Assembly: GCA_963717145.1 (NCBI GenBank)
Contig: OY970325.1
Coordinates: forward strand, 1,760,001 to 1,824,000
Source: an uncultured Armatimonadetes bacterium
Lineage (GTDB): Bacteria; Armatimonadota; UBA5829; DTJY01
Direction of reading: 5' to 3'
Length of the DNA stretch: 64,000 nt
The notes below the pieces were generated by a model. That model did not search any database. It saw only the letters and a list, made by a program, of their open reading frames with translations, and was not told the DNA's origin. Position numbers and translations under genes: made by a program. Positions 48,234 to 59,612 of this stretch are shown piece by piece; within the stretch, counting starts at the first letter, position 1; every line of letters starts with the position of its first letter.

Positions 48234-50306
48234 TCACGCCAATCTGAGCGCTACCAGGAGCATGTCGATCGCCTTCAGGCCGACGAACGGCGCGATGAGT
48301 CCGCCGAGACCGTAGACCACCAGGTTGTTCCGCAGCAAGGCGCCCGCCCCGAGTGGACGGTAACTGACTCCCCTGAGCGCGAGCGGTATCAGCATGACGA
48401 TGATCAGCGCATTGAAGATCACCGCCGAGAGAATCGCGCTGTGCGGTGAATGCAGGTGCATGATGTTCAGCTTGTTCAGCACCGGATAGGTCGTCATGAA
48501 TATTGCCGGGATGATGGCGAAGTACTTGGCGACATCGTTGGCGATGCTGAATGTCGTCAGCGCGCCGCGAGTCATGAGCAACTGCTTGCCGATCTCCACG
48601 ATCTCGATCAGCTTCGTCGGATTGGAGTCGAGGTCAACCATGTTCCCGGCTTCCTTCGCAGCGGTCGTACCGGTATTCATGGCAACTCCGACATCGGCCT
48701 GTGCGAGCGCGGGAGCATCGTTTGTGCCGTCGCCGGTCATTGCCACGAGCTTCCCCTGCCCCTGCTCCTTCTTGATCAGCTCCATCTTCGTCTCGGGAGT
48801 CGCCTGCGCCAGGAAATCATCCACGCCGGCTTCCTTCGCGATGGCAGCCGCCGTCAGAGCATTGTCGCCGGTGATCATCACCGTTCGTATCCCCATCGAC
48901 CTGAGTTGGTCGAACCTCTCCCTGATTCCACCCTTGACGACGTCCTTGAGGTGGATGACGCCCATCACCCGCTTGTTCTCCGCCACGACGAGCGGCGTCC
49001 CACCGGAGCGGGCGATCCCTTCGACTACCTTTCTCAACTCCTCAGGCGCGGCCGCACCCTGATCGGCGACCCACTTCACGACGGCATCCGTTGCGCCCTT
49101 ACGGATGTGCCGCCCGTCGAGGTTGATCCCGCTCATCCGGGTCTGGGCGGTGAACGGCACGAACTCCGCCTCCGCCTCGTTGATGTGCCTCCCTCTTAGG
49201 CCGAAACCTTTGGCGAGCACAACTATCGAGCGGCCTTCCGGAGTCTCATCGCTGAGTGACGACAACTGCGCGGCATCAGCGACCTCCTCCGGAGTGACGC
49301 CCGGCATCGGGATGAACTCCGACGCCTGACGGTTGCCGAGGGTAATCGTGCCGGTCTTGTCGAGGAGGAGAGTATTGACATCACCAGCGGCCTCGACCGC
49401 TCTCCCCGACATTGCCAGAACGTTGTGCCGAATCAGCCGATCCATCCCCGCTATTCCGATAGACGAGAGCAGGCCGCCGATGGTCGTGGGAATCAGGCAG
49501 ACCAGGAGAGCAATCAGCACCGGTATGTGTACGCTGCTCCCCGAATACGTTGCGAACGATTGCAGTGTGATGACCACCAGCAGGAAGATGATCGTCAGGC
49601 CGACGAGCAGGATGTCGAGCGCGATCTCGTTCGGCGTCTTCTGCCTCGATGCGCCCTCGACGAGGGATATCATACGGTCGAGGAACGTCTGCCCCGGATC
49701 GGAGGTGATCCGCACGACTATCTGATCGGAGAGCACCTTCGTCCCACCGGTCACCGCGCTTCGGTCGCCCCCGCTCTCCCGGATCACGGGCGCGGATTCG
49801 CCGGTGATCGCCGACTCGTCCACGGAAGCGATGCCCTCGATGACCTCACCGTCACCGGGGATGATCTCCCCAGCGGAGACGATGACTACGTCGCCCTTGC
49901 GAAGATCATTGGCGGCCACCTGACGGACCTCGCCGTCGGTCTTGAGGTTCGCCACGGTGTCGGTCTTCGTCCTCCGAAGGCTGTCCGCCTGGGCCTTCCC
50001 GCGTCCTTCCGCCATCGCCTCCGCGAAGTTGGCAAAGAGGACGGTGAACCAGAGCCATGCCGCTATTCCGCCGATGAATCCAGTCTCGACGCCGCCCTTG
50101 ATCAGACTCGCGATGAAGTAGTATGTCGAGACGACGCTTCCGACCTCGGTGATGAAGATGACGGGGTTGTGCATCAGCGACCGGGGGTCGAGCTTGACGA
50201 ACGACTGCAGTATTGCCTGCCTGATCAGCTCGCCGCGCGGGATCTGGGGCTTCTTGCCGTGACTGACGCCGATCTCGCTCGGAGCGGCCTTGTTCGATGT
50301 ATCCAT
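48234..50306 (-). CDS. kdpB: K+-transporting ATPase B subunit
   Basis: [37 protein letters not shown] before ATG 50306. Confidence 0.97.
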   Translation of the reverse strand: MDTSNKAAPSEIGVSHGKKPQIPRGELIRQAILQSFVKLDPRSLMHNPVIFITEVGSVVSTYYFIASLIKGGVETGFIGGIAAWLWFTVLFANFAEAMAEGRGKAQADSLRRTKTDTVANLKTDGEVRQVAANDLRKGDVVIVSAGEIIPGDGEVIEGIASVDESAITGESAPVIRESGGDRSAVTGGTKVLSDQIVVRITSDPGQTFLDRMISLVEGASRQKTPNEIALDILLVGLTIIFLLVVITLQSFATYSGSSVHIPVLIALLVCLIPTTIGGLLSSIGIAGMDRLIRHNVLAMSGRAVEAAGDVNTLLLDKTGTITLGNRQASEFIPMPGVTPEEVADAAQLSSLSDETPEGRSIVVLAKGFGLRGRHINEAEAEFVPFTAQTRMSGINLDGRHIRKGATDAVVKWVADQGAAAPEELRKVVEGIARSGGTPLVVAENKRVMGVIHLKDVVKGGIRERFDQLRSMGIRTVMITGDNALTAAAIAKEAGVDDFLAQATPETKMELIKKEQGQGKLVAMTGDGTNDAPALAQADVGVAMNTGTTAAKEAGNMVDLDSNPTKLIEIVEIGKQLLMTRGALTTFSIANDVAKYFAIIPAIFMTTYPVLNKLNIMHLHSPHSAILSAVIFNALIIVMLIPLALRGVSYRPLGAGALLRNNLVVYGLGGLIAPFVGLKAIDMLLVALRLA

Positions 50307-50442
50307 CGCAGATTCTCCTAACCCTTCCCATTCGTGTGCGGGTGGCTTGAGAGCATGTGCTATCTCCTGGCCACACAACACCTCACAGCCCACAGAGCCG
50401 GTTCTTCTCCCCCGCTATTCGTCCATTCGTGTGATTCGTGTT

Positions 50443-52170
50443 TCAGAAAAGCTTCCCCGCGTGCATCAGCCAGTGTTCGACGACCGGGCCGAGCGCGTAG
50501 GCGGGGAAGAATGTCAGCGCGCCCACGATGAGTATCACTCCCACGAGCAGCCCGACGAACAGCCCGCCCGTCGTCGGGAACGTGCCGCTCGACTGGGGCA
50601 CTGCTTTCTTCAAAGCCATCGATCCGGCGATCGCCATGATCGGGATAATGTAAAGGAACCGGCCGATCAGCATCGCCAGCCCTATCGTCAGGTTGTAGAA
50701 CCCGGTGTTAGCGGTAAGCCCTGCGAATGCGCTGCCGTTGTTGCCGGATCCCGATGTGAATGCGTAGAGTATCTCCGAGAGCCCATGCGGGCCCATGTTG
50801 AGACGCCCGGCCAGACCGGCTCCCGTAGATGCCGCGAGTGCTGAGAAACAGAGTATGCTCGCCTCCAGGACGAGCACCGACAGCATCGCCATCTTCATCT
50901 CCCTGGACTCGATCTTCTTGCCGAGGTACTCCGGCGTCCGTCCGACCATCAAGCCGGCGATGAAGACCGCCAGGATCGCGAACACGAGTATGCCGAGCAT
51001 TCCAGCCCCGACGCCGCCGAAGACGATCTCCCCGAGTGCGATATTCAACATCACCATCCCGCCCGCCAGCGGAGTGAAGCTGTCGTGCATGCTGTTCACC
51101 GCTCCGCATGAAGCGTCCGTGGTCAGAGTGGCAAAGAGCGCCGAGTTCGCGATGCCGAAGCGCACTTCCTTGCCCTCCATGTTTCCGCCGGACTGCATGG
51201 CAGTCTGAGTCTGGTCCGCTCCCAGATGAGTCAGGATCGGGTTGCCGGATTGTTCGCTCAGATAGACCACGGAGAGACCTGCAACGAACAGCACCCCCAT
51301 CGCGGCGAAGAGCGCCCATCCCTGCCCTTGATTCCGCGCGTACCGACCGAACGTATATGTCAGTCCCGCCGGGATCAGGAGGATCGAAAGCATCTGGAGG
51401 AAGTTAGTGAGCGGCGTCGGATTCTCGAAGGGATGAGCCGAGTTGCCGTTGAAGAAACCTCCTCCATTGATCCCCAGCATCTTGATCGCTTCCTGGGATG
51501 CGACCGGCCCCTGTGCGATCGTCTGTCTGGCATGCTCCACTGTAATCGCCGTCGTGTGGGGCGAGAGGTTCTGAATCACTCCCTGGGAGACAAGCATCAG
51601 CGCGAATATGAAGGAGAGTGGCAGGAGCACCCAGAGGATGCTCCGGGTCAGGTCCGACCAGAAGTTACCGATCTCACGGGCAGTCTGACGCGTGAGCCCT
51701 CGAATGAGAGCTATCGCCAGCGCCAGTCCGGTTGCCGCCGAGACGAAGTTCTGAACCGTGAGGCCTGCCATCTGCGTGAAGTGAGTAGCCGTGCTCTCCC
51801 CCGCGTAGGCCTGCCAGTTCGTGTTCGTGACGAAGCTAACGGCGGTATTGAAGGCCAGACCAGGCGTGAACCCACCGAAGTGCCCGGGGTTGAACGGGTG
51901 CAGGCTCTGGAGACGAAGCATCAGGTAGAGCAGCACGACGCCCGAGGCATTGAATAGCAGCATAGTCACGGTGTAGGTAGTCCAGCGCATCTCGCCCGTG
52001 GGATCGATGCCGCAGAGTCGGTAGATCGCCTTCTCCACGGGGCGGAGCACCGGGTCGAGGAGGGTGCGCTCCCCTTGGAACACCCGCGCCATGTACGAGC
52101 CGACCGGCTTGGTGAGGGCGCAGAGAAGTGTGATGAAGAGAAGAATCTGTACCAGGTCCGCAGTGTTCAA
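50443..52170 (-). CDS. kdpA: K+-transporting ATPase A subunit
   Basis: [49 protein letters not shown] start after GGAGG. Confidence 0.97.
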   Translation of the reverse strand: MNTADLVQILLFITLLCALTKPVGSYMARVFQGERTLLDPVLRPVEKAIYRLCGIDPTGEMRWTTYTVTMLLFNASGVVLLYLMLRLQSLHPFNPGHFGGFTPGLAFNTAVSFVTNTNWQAYAGESTATHFTQMAGLTVQNFVSAATGLALAIALIRGLTRQTAREIGNFWSDLTRSILWVLLPLSFIFALMLVSQGVIQNLSPHTTAITVEHARQTIAQGPVASQEAIKMLGINGGGFFNGNSAHPFENPTPLTNFLQMLSILLIPAGLTYTFGRYARNQGQGWALFAAMGVLFVAGLSVVYLSEQSGNPILTHLGADQTQTAMQSGGNMEGKEVRFGIANSALFATLTTDASCGAVNSMHDSFTPLAGGMVMLNIALGEIVFGGVGAGMLGILVFAILAVFIAGLMVGRTPEYLGKKIESREMKMAMLSVLVLEASILCFSALAASTGAGLAGRLNMGPHGLSEILYAFTSGSGNNGSAFAGLTANTGFYNLTIGLAMLIGRFLYIIPIMAIAGSMALKKAVPQSSGTFPTTGGLFVGLLVGVILIVGALTFFPAYALGPVVEHWLMHAGKLF

Positions 52171-52186
52171 GGTTCACCTCCGGGCC

Positions 52187-52276
52187 TCAGAGCTGCTCGG
52201 GTCTGAGCAGCGCATAGAGGAGATACGCAAGCAGCCCGACGGCTATCAGTCCCACGATGATGTATTCTGTGCTCAT
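52187..52276 (-). CDS. kdpF: KdpF subunit, 29 aa (MSTEYIIVGLIAVGLLAYLLYALLRPEQL)
   Basis: Translated by hand; YLLYALLRPE signature directly upstream of kdpA. Confidence 0.92.
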   Translation of the reverse strand: MSTEYIIVGLIAVGLLAYLLYALLRPEQL

Positions 52277-52289
52277 GGATCGGACCCGC

Positions 52290-52373
52290 CTACAAGCGGT
52301 CTGCGGCGCGGACATACCACAGACAGAGGACAAAGAACAGGACGATAAGGCTCAGGTAGAAGAGATCGAACAT
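52290..52373 (-). CDS. Small membrane peptide, 27 aa (MFDLFYLSLIVLFFVLCLWYVRAADRL)
   Basis: GGAGGAGAGGG RBS; single TM; resembles the extra small peptides found upstream of kdpF in some bacteria. Confidence 0.7.
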   Translation of the reverse strand: MFDLFYLSLIVLFFVLCLWYVRAADRL

Positions 52374-52600
52374 TCCCTCTCCTCCTCCACGTCGGTCCGA
52401 ATCGATGCCGGATCGGCGTATCTCTCTATCCCGCGCGTCAGTGATGCCGGAGTCTCGTCCTTGTGCACCAATCGCGACGCATAGGCCGAGCGGCGGAACG
52501 ACTTGAGATCGTCGCTCCAGCAGTGGGCCTGGAATCGCGAATAGCACCAACCGAGCCCGCATATGGCCAGAAGAATGACGATATAGTCAAGATCACCCAT
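52352..52600 (-). CDS. Possible third small membrane protein of the kdp operon
   Basis: GGGGTG RBS-like site, hydrophobic N-terminus, downstream of an extended -10 TGGTATGAT. Confidence 0.4.
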   Translation of the reverse strand: MGDLDYIVILLAICGLGWCYSRFQAHCWSDDLKSFRRSAYASRLVHKDETPASLTRGIERYADPASIRTDVEEERECSISST

Positions 52601-52735
52601 GTCTCACACCCCCATGTCGCCGTCGAAAGCGACCCACATATATCATACCAACATGGCTGTGAATCAGGCGTGAAGACGGGCGGCGCCGGTATAGAGATTC
52701 TGTGTAGGAGTCACGATGCAGAGGGGAAACACTGA

Positions 52736-53102
52736 TCTCACGAATGGACGAATGCTCTGGGGACTAGAACCAGCGTCCTGGCCTTCGGTAACTCGCACGA
52801 TCAGAGATAGGTCATACTCTCAAGCAGCCGGTACACGAATGCAGAGAGAACACGAATCTCACGAACGGACGAATGCTCTGGGGACTAGAACCAGCGTCCC
52901 GGCCTTCGATAACTCGCACGATCAGAGATAGGTCATACTCTCAAGCAGCCGGTACACGAATGCAGTGCGAATCCCATTCATTCGCATCCCATTCGCCTCC
53001 CCATTCGTGTACCGGTAGCTTGAGAGCATGAGCCATCGCCTGATCCACAGCCTACCTCGGACAACAGCCTGGTTTCATCCCCTGGATATTCGTCCATTCG
53101 TG
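52736..53102. repeat. MITE/REPIN-like long inverted repeat with a 121-bp duplicated left arm
   Basis: Direct repeat with period 121 (52741/52862); the right part is an imperfect reverse complement ending attcgtccattcgtg. Confidence 0.8.
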
Positions 53103-55649
53103 CTATTCGTGTTCTCCGGAAAAGACGACGTCGTAGGTCCTCCCGGCCTTCAGGGTGACGATCGCATCGGAGGATCTGTTTGTGGTGAAGCTTATCTGGG
53201 CTTTGGTGGTGGAGTCAGTGATACGGGATACCCGCTGCCCCTCCTGCGGCCTGATGCGGAACTCGGCGGATCGCCCAGGACGGAGAGTCACGCGGTCAGC
53301 CTTCCCCCCGGACCAGTTGATGTCCACCTCGATGCTACCCCTTGCCCGCAGGCCGGTAACGCTGCCCTTCTTCCAAGACGAGGGGAGCGCCGGGAGGATC
53401 GCGATCGCGCCGTCGTGACTCTGGAGGAGCATCTCCGTGATGCCGGCGGTGACCCCGAAGTTCCCGTCGATCTGGAACGGCGGATGCGCGTCGAAGAGGT
53501 TCGCATACACCCCGCCGTGCAGGTAGTTGGTCTCGCTTGCGGACATGAAGTGGATCATCTGGCGAACCATCTTGTACGCGTGGTCCCCATCCAACAGCCG
53601 CGCCCAGAAGCAGACCTTCCACGCCATCGACCAGCCCGTGCCTGTATCGCCTCGGACGATCAGCGACTTCTTCGCCGCCTCGAACAAGTCGGGCGTGCCG
53701 GAGCAGGTGATCTGTCTCCCGGGATGGAGGGCGAAGAGGTGCGAGCAGTGACGGTGCTGTAGATCGACCTCTTCGAACTCATGCGCCCATTCCATCAGTC
53801 TCCCGTCCGAAGCGATTCCAGGTATGAGCAGGTTTCCACTGGCTTCTTGTACATCCCTGACAACCCCTGTCTCGATCCCGAGGTCCTTCGATGCCTCGAG
53901 GAAGTTGGTGAAGAGGTCCCAGATGATCTCCTGATCCATACTCGGGCCCATACTCATGTGCGCGACAGTGCCGTCCGCCGTTCGGAATCCGTTCTCCGGC
54001 GAGTTGGTCGGCCCGGATACCAGCTTGCCGGTCTCGGGTTCTTCCACGAGCCATGCCAGGCAGAACTCCGCCGATCCCTTCAGGACAGGGTATATCTTTC
54101 GGAGGAATACTTTGTCATTGCTGAACGCATAGTGCTCCCAGAGGTGCTGGCACATCCATGGGCCGCCCATGGGGAACAAGCCCCATCCGATCGACTCGCC
54201 CGGGGATGTATATCCCCAGACGTTGGCATACATATGAAGTGTCCAGCCCGGAAGCCCATAGTGCGCCTTCGCGGTTCTCTCGCCCGGCTTCACCAGTGTC
54301 TCCATGTAATCCACGAGCGGCTCAGCGCACTCGGTCAGATTGGCAGTCTCTGCGAGCCAGTAGTTCATCTGCAGGTTGATGTCGGTGTGGTAGTCGCAGT
54401 TCCAGGGCGTCTGAATCTCTTTGGCCCATACACCCTGGAGGTTCGCGGGGAGATCGCCGGGCCGGGAACTCGATATGAGCAGGTATCGCCCGTATTGATA
54501 GAGGAGAGTGACGAGGCCGATGTCCTCCGCGCCCGCATCGACCGCCTTGATCCGCTCGTCGGTGGGGAACCCCACCCCAACCCTCCCCGCGACAGGGAGG
54601 GAGCTATCGGAGAACCCCACCCCAGCCCTCCCCGCAACGGAGAGGGAGTTGCTCGCGGCTGCCGATGGTGCTCCCTCTCCGTTGCGGGGAGGGCTGGGGT
54701 GGGGTTCTCCTATGGACAGCTTCACCCGGTCGAAGAGCTTACTGAAGTCGGCGACATGTGCGGCCTTCATCTCTGAGTACTTCGTCGAGGCGGCGTTGTC
54801 GATATGCTTGCGAGTGATGCTCTCGAAGGGATCGCCCCGGAGGTCGGTGGCGGCTGAGATCAGGAGTGTGACGGAATCCGCGCTGGTGACGCGGAGGACT
54901 CCGCCTTCCGTGGACACTGTCCCCTTCTCGGCAACGGCCCTGAGTCGGGCCATGTATGAGACTCTGTCTCCACCGAAGCCGTCGCTCAGCCGCCCGGACA
55001 TCGTCACCTCGTCAGATCCGTTCGCTGTGACGGTGGCACGTTCAGGCCTGCTCAATCGCGCGGTGAAGGTGACCTTGCCCGGCTTGTCGGCGGTGATCCT
55101 GATCGCGATAACCTGTGCCGGCGCGCTGGCAAAGACCTCCCGCTTATATCGAACGCCATCCACGCGATAGCTTACCGAGGCGACCGCATTGTTGAGATCG
55201 AGTTCCCGGAGGTAGTCGGTACATTCATCGCCGTGGTCGAAGGTGAGACGCAGGTCGCCGAGGGTCTGATAGCATCCGAAGGGACTGCTGTTCGCCTGGC
55301 CCATAGACGAGCCCGGGCCCTTGCATATGAGCTTCTGAGCGGCCAACTCCTCGGCCTCGGCATACTTCCCCTCGAAGACCAACCGGCGGATCACGGGGAG
55401 CGCATCTTTGGCCTCGGGGTTGTCGGCATCCTGGGGGCCGCCCGACCACATGGTCTTCTCGTTGAGCTGGATATGCTCTTCCCCTACTCCACCGAAGACC
55501 ATCGCCCCGAGACGACTGTTCCCGACGGGAAGCGCCTCGACCCATTCGACGGCAGGCGCTTTGTACCAGAGCCGCAGATCGTCCGTGGCGGCATCGGCAT
55601 TGACCGCAGCGATCAGAGACATTGCCAGCATGATGATTCCCTTTCGCAT
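53103..55649 (-). CDS. Alpha-L-fucosidase GH95 with in-frame repeat insertion
   Basis: [62 protein letters not shown] and signal peptide. Confidence 0.95.
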   Translation of the reverse strand: MRKGIIMLAMSLIAAVNADAATDDLRLWYKAPAVEWVEALPVGNSRLGAMVFGGVGEEHIQLNEKTMWSGGPQDADNPEAKDALPVIRRLVFEGKYAEAEELAAQKLICKGPGSSMGQANSSPFGCYQTLGDLRLTFDHGDECTDYLRELDLNNAVASVSYRVDGVRYKREVFASAPAQVIAIRITADKPGKVTFTARLSRPERATVTANGSDEVTMSGRLSDGFGGDRVSYMARLRAVAEKGTVSTEGGVLRVTSADSVTLLISAATDLRGDPFESITRKHIDNAASTKYSEMKAAHVADFSKLFDRVKLSIGEPHPSPPRNGEGAPSAAASNSLSVAGRAGVGFSDSSLPVAGRVGVGFPTDERIKAVDAGAEDIGLVTLLYQYGRYLLISSSRPGDLPANLQGVWAKEIQTPWNCDYHTDINLQMNYWLAETANLTECAEPLVDYMETLVKPGERTAKAHYGLPGWTLHMYANVWGYTSPGESIGWGLFPMGGPWMCQHLWEHYAFSNDKVFLRKIYPVLKGSAEFCLAWLVEEPETGKLVSGPTNSPENGFRTADGTVAHMSMGPSMDQEIIWDLFTNFLEASKDLGIETGVVRDVQEASGNLLIPGIASDGRLMEWAHEFEEVDLQHRHCSHLFALHPGRQITCSGTPDLFEAAKKSLIVRGDTGTGWSMAWKVCFWARLLDGDHAYKMVRQMIHFMSASETNYLHGGVYANLFDAHPPFQIDGNFGVTAGITEMLLQSHDGAIAILPALPSSWKKGSVTGLRARGSIEVDINWSGGKADRVTLRPGRSAEFRIRPQEGQRVSRITDSTTKAQISFTTNRSSDAIVTLKAGRTYDVVFSGEHE
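54568..54706. repeat. Three CCCCACCCC...GAGGGAG copies in frame in the fucosidase gene
   Basis: Copies at 54568 (+), 54613 (+) and 54671 (-). Confidence 0.92.
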
Positions 55650-55670
55650 ATGAGACTCCTGGTTCTTGAT

Positions 55671-55809
55671 GTAGGAGGGATTTGTCGGGATGGTTTGTGC
55701 CGGACAATCCCGATCGACCCCCGCCGCCAATCGGGATTGTCGGGCACAAACCATCCCGACAAATCCCTCCTACACAGGCGGACGGGAGGCCGTTGAAGGC
55801 CTCCCCTAC
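55671..55809. repeat. GTAG-flanked palindrome plus a single GTAG-REP
   Basis: gtaggagggatttgtcgggatggtttgtgcc...ggcacaaaccatcccgacaaatccctcctac; REP at 55784-55809. Confidence 0.9.
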
Positions 55810-57764
55810 GGCGAGATGGTGTACTTGCCGGAATCGAAGTCGACGGTGACCGTCGTTCCATCCGCGAACGTCGCGCGCTGCTTGCGGCGGGATGCGTCGA
55901 GGAACTCGTGGTTCGTCATCTCCAGGAGGCCGACCCGCTTATGCAGGTCGCACATCTTCCGTACCTTCGCCAGCTCCTCCTTGCCCGGATCGATCGACAG
56001 GTATGGGATCCCCGCGTTGAGCAGTCCGTGGAGGTAGTTCGAGTCGGTATCTGGTATCCCCCACCCGCCCTTGTCGCCGGTCCCCCAGGGCAGAATGATC
56101 GCGTCGTGATAGACGAGATCGAACAGCGGCACGGGAATCCCCATCGCAGGCCCGGAGCCGGGATTCGGATCGAGCGGATACGGGCCGTGGTGGACGAGAT
56201 CGAGGTGCGGGACGGCATAGTCCGCAGGTTCCTCGGAACTCACCACACCGAGCTGAGCCCGCACGATATCGAAGCACTCGCCCCGGTACTTCAGGCAGTC
56301 GGCGCGAGTCACCGGATGCTCGGGGTTGTAGCACTCATCCGGCGGGACGACCGCGAATACGTCGAGGTACGCACCCTTGACCTTGATCCCGTGATCGAGC
56401 AGCGCCTTGTGATTCCGCTTCACATATCCCGGAGCGAAACTGGAACAGAGGATCGACTGCTTCCCTCCGTACCACGTGCTCTCGAGTGGCCGAGAGCCGT
56501 CCTCCCGGATGATCGTGCGGCTCTCCGAGTAGGATGCGGCGTCGTGGTAATAGTCGCGATACTGGTCGTGGATCGCGAAGACGTAGCCGAGCTTCTCGCA
56601 GGTGTCGGCGAGGCGACTAATCCCCTCGAATCCGCCTGCTTCGGGAGCAGGCGGCAGGATGTCGGGATGGAGGTTGTCGTAGCCACGGAATCCCCAGCCG
56701 TCGAGGTGGACGTAGGCGCGCTTCACTCCCAGTGCGGACAGCGACTTCAACTCCTCGGCGCGCGCATCGAATGTCACGACCTGATGGTTCTTCGACGAGT
56801 CGTTCTTGTCGTAGTAGCTCGACTCGGGCTGGATATTGGTGAGGATGCTGGTGTGGACGACAGGACTCCCGATCAACTGCCCGACGAGCGGACTCCGGGC
56901 GATCTTCTCCCTGAGCGAGACGAAGTGCCCGGTCTCGATGACGTATTGCCTGTACCGCTTGGCCAGAGTGACGTAGTTCCCCTCATCGAAGAACGCGATC
57001 CTCGCGCGTCGGGGATATCCGAGCTTCCCGAGGGAGTGCACCCATCGGCATTCCATCAGCGTCGGTCCGCCCGCGGGGTGATCCATCACGCATCCGGCGT
57101 CCTCGGGCGTCTCCAGGATCAAGATCGCGGCCGCCTTGCCCTTCTGCGCGCCCCACCAGGGCATATAGAGCCCCCGCCCGTAGGACATGGGATCGTACAG
57201 GTAGACCTTGCTCGGCCAGTCCTTTGGGAGGAGCATCCCCTGCATCGCCGGGATGACGGTGGCATCGACCGTGCTCGGCTCGAATGCTTTCGGCCACCGG
57301 AGTTCCTTGATCTTCGCGCTCCCCTCGGTCGGGATGACATCGCAGATGAGGTCCTCGGTCGATCCTTCGAGGGCGAGAATGAGTTCCAGACCGAAGCCCA
57401 GGGGATTGAACTCCCGCAGGTGGATCTTGAGGCCCGTGACCCGCCCGGTGTCGCACCGGGAGACCTCCATCTTCCCCGATGTCAGCGCCAGGGAGACCCG
57501 CTTGCCGTCCGATTCGACGGTGAGATCATCCGGCTGAGACGCTCTCATCTTCCACACATTGGACCCGGACTTGATCGTGACGACCAGGTCGGCCTCGTTG
57601 AGCGTCACCGTCCGATGCGCGCCCTTGATGGTCCACACTCGTCCGTCCTGCGTGACGGAGATCGTCTTGCTCGAAAGGAAATCCTCAGGTTTCATCTGGG
57701 CCTCCTCGGATAGGGCATTGCATACCGGAATGAGAATCAACACTAGGATGGCAAGCAGTCGCAT
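55806..57764 (-). CDS. DUF5696 / GH129-like alpha-N-acetylgalactosaminidase-type hydrolase
   Basis: YVHLDGWG.RGYDNLHPD, HDQYRDYY, AYLDVF, SSEE, PVPLF.LVYHD; signal peptide. Confidence 0.78.
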   Translation of the reverse strand: MRLLAILVLILIPVCNALSEEAQMKPEDFLSSKTISVTQDGRVWTIKGAHRTVTLNEADLVVTIKSGSNVWKMRASQPDDLTVESDGKRVSLALTSGKMEVSRCDTGRVTGLKIHLREFNPLGFGLELILALEGSTEDLICDVIPTEGSAKIKELRWPKAFEPSTVDATVIPAMQGMLLPKDWPSKVYLYDPMSYGRGLYMPWWGAQKGKAAAILILETPEDAGCVMDHPAGGPTLMECRWVHSLGKLGYPRRARIAFFDEGNYVTLAKRYRQYVIETGHFVSLREKIARSPLVGQLIGSPVVHTSILTNIQPESSYYDKNDSSKNHQVVTFDARAEELKSLSALGVKRAYVHLDGWGFRGYDNLHPDILPPAPEAGGFEGISRLADTCEKLGYVFAIHDQYRDYYHDAASYSESRTIIREDGSRPLESTWYGGKQSILCSSFAPGYVKRNHKALLDHGIKVKGAYLDVFAVVPPDECYNPEHPVTRADCLKYRGECFDIVRAQLGVVSSEEPADYAVPHLDLVHHGPYPLDPNPGSGPAMGIPVPLFDLVYHDAIILPWGTGDKGGWGIPDTDSNYLHGLLNAGIPYLSIDPGKEELAKVRKMCDLHKRVGLLEMTNHEFLDASRRKQRATFADGTTVTVDFDSGKYTISP

Positions 57765-57773
57765 TTCGTCCTC

Positions 57774-59612
57774 CTATTGTGCCAGACACTCGATCGCAGA
57801 GACCGAGAGCGCGGGCAGAATGATCTGGGAATCCGATTCAGGGAGGTCCACGGCCTTCACTCTGTCCGGCGCGGTCCAGTGGTTCATCAGGTCCGGCTGC
57901 CCGGCACTGAGGGCGTCGCCTACGACCTCGCCGCCGATGGGCCGGAAACCTACCCCGAACTCGCTGAGATCGAGCGGCAGTTCGACCGGCTCCGACCTGG
58001 TGTTGACCGCGAATATGCAGAGCGACTCCCCGTCCTCCGATACGCACGCCATGACATCGACTCCCTCCGGCGCGTTCTCGACTGTGACGGGGATCGGCTT
58101 ACGGTGATCCGCGTAGAGCTTCATCACGTGGTAGCTCGGGCGCTTGAGCAGGCCGGACGGGAGCGTGGCGATCATGCCGCTCCCGAGGCTGTTCGTCATG
58201 TTGGAACGGCATGCGATATCCACGATGTTCGAGTAGCGCATCAGCAGGTTCAGGTAGCGCGCATTCTGCAGAGCGCCCACGAGGGTCTTGAACCGCTCGC
58301 GACCGACTCCCCATTCGCCCGCCGAGACGTTCCACTCGGTGACGGCGATCCGTATGTGGCCGCAACCCGGCGTGTTCGCGATCATCCCGGAGAGCTTCTT
58401 GAAGTCGGCCCCGCACGCGGCGAAATCTGGCGTGTAGTGGTGCGGGCCGATGTAGTCGATCTCCGCGCCGACCTTGTCCAGCATCTCCTGCGACGGGAAC
58501 GAAGCCATCAGGACCGCCTTCGGATCCGCCTGCTTCATCAACCTGCAGAACTCAGGCAGGCCATTGATGTAGTCCGCGTTCCCAAGCTCGTTTCCGAGCT
58601 GCCAGTACTTAACTCCATAGGGCTTCGGATGGCCGTTCGCGGCTCTCTTCGCTCCCCATTCGGTATGACCGTCGCCGTTGCAGTACTCCACGAGGTCGGC
58701 GGCGCTCTGAGCACCATCAGAGAAGCTGATGCAGATCAGCGGCTCAGCGCCGACGTGCTCGCAGAACCGGCAGAACTCATCTATCCCCACGTCGTTCGAG
58801 TCGATCCGGCCCCAGACCGTGTTGTGAAACGGCGCGCGCCGATCTCTGTCGCCGATGCCATTCTTCCACCGGTACCCGCCGGGGTCGCACACCGAGCCGC
58901 CCCAGCGGATGATGCCGGGCCTGGCCTCCTTGACCGCCTGCACGACATCTGCGCGCCAGCCGTCGATGTTGTCCATCGGCATGAGGGAGAGCTTGTCCGC
59001 CCAGACGCTCCCAATGCCTCTGGCCCTCAACTCGAACACCGCGCGGTCGGTCGTGCCGGTCGAGATCATCTTTGCCGTGTACTTCGTCCACTTTTCGGAG
59101 AGCTTCGGAATCTTCGCCGACGCGAGTTCCATCCAGTTGCCGTCGGGGAGCATCGTCTTGAGGACGACCTCGGCCCCAGCGTCCCTGTCGCCTCGCAGAT
59201 AGCCTGAGAAGCGGTAGGTCATGCCCTTTCTCGCCGCCAGTCCGGACTGCGTCAGGCTCGCGGGCGAGGTCAGTTTCGCGCATCTGGGACCGTTGAACGG
59301 ATCGAGCGAGGAGAACTCCGTCTGCGCGTCGTAGATCCAGGTGTCATTCGCGTCCCACTCCCGGTCGCAGATGTTCGGCTCGCCGGTGGAGTAGCACCAG
59401 GAGGACGGCTTCATCACGCTCTCGAACGAGCGGGCGTTCAGCATTTCGGCCCACATCCCCGGGATCAGGTCGTCGAGCAGTTCCATGAAGCCGCCGAAGA
59501 GCATCGGGCTGATCCGCCCCGAGTGCATCGGCTGCGGCCCGACCTTCGTTGCCGCCGCCTGGGCGCATTGCACGACGGCCAGAAGAGCAAGACCTGTGCT
59601 GATCATCTTCAT
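57774..59612 (-). CDS. Alpha-L-arabinofuranosidase GH51-like
   Basis: ISPMLFGGFME, RWGG, YRWKNGIG, GIDEF, VKYWQLGNE, TEWN. Confidence 0.88.
   Translation of the reverse strand: MKMISTGLALLAVVQCAQAAATKVGPQPMHSGRISPMLFGGFMELLDDLIPGMWAEMLNARSFESVMKPSSWCYSTGEPNICDREWDANDTWIYDAQTEFSSLDPFNGPRCAKLTSPASLTQSGLAARKGMTYRFSGYLRGDRDAGAEVVLKTMLPDGNWMELASAKIPKLSEKWTKYTAKMISTGTTDRAVFELRARGIGSVWADKLSLMPMDNIDGWRADVVQAVKEARPGIIRWGGSVCDPGGYRWKNGIGDRDRRAPFHNTVWGRIDSNDVGIDEFCRFCEHVGAEPLICISFSDGAQSAADLVEYCNGDGHTEWGAKRAANGHPKPYGVKYWQLGNELGNADYINGLPEFCRLMKQADPKAVLMASFPSQEMLDKVGAEIDYIGPHHYTPDFAACGADFKKLSGMIANTPGCGHIRIAVTEWNVSAGEWGVGRERFKTLVGALQNARYLNLLMRYSNIVDIACRSNMTNSLGSGMIATLPSGLLKRPSYHVMKLYADHRKPIPVTVENAPEGVDVMACVSEDGESLCIFAVNTRSEPVELPLDLSEFGVGFRPIGGEVVGDALSAGQPDLMNHWTAPDRVKAVDLPESDSQIILPALSVSAIECLAQ

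Noticed and set aside
52600-53100. c-di-AMP (ydaO) riboswitch upstream of kdp
   Set aside because: No recognisable conserved motifs; the region is explained by the promoter and the repeat element.
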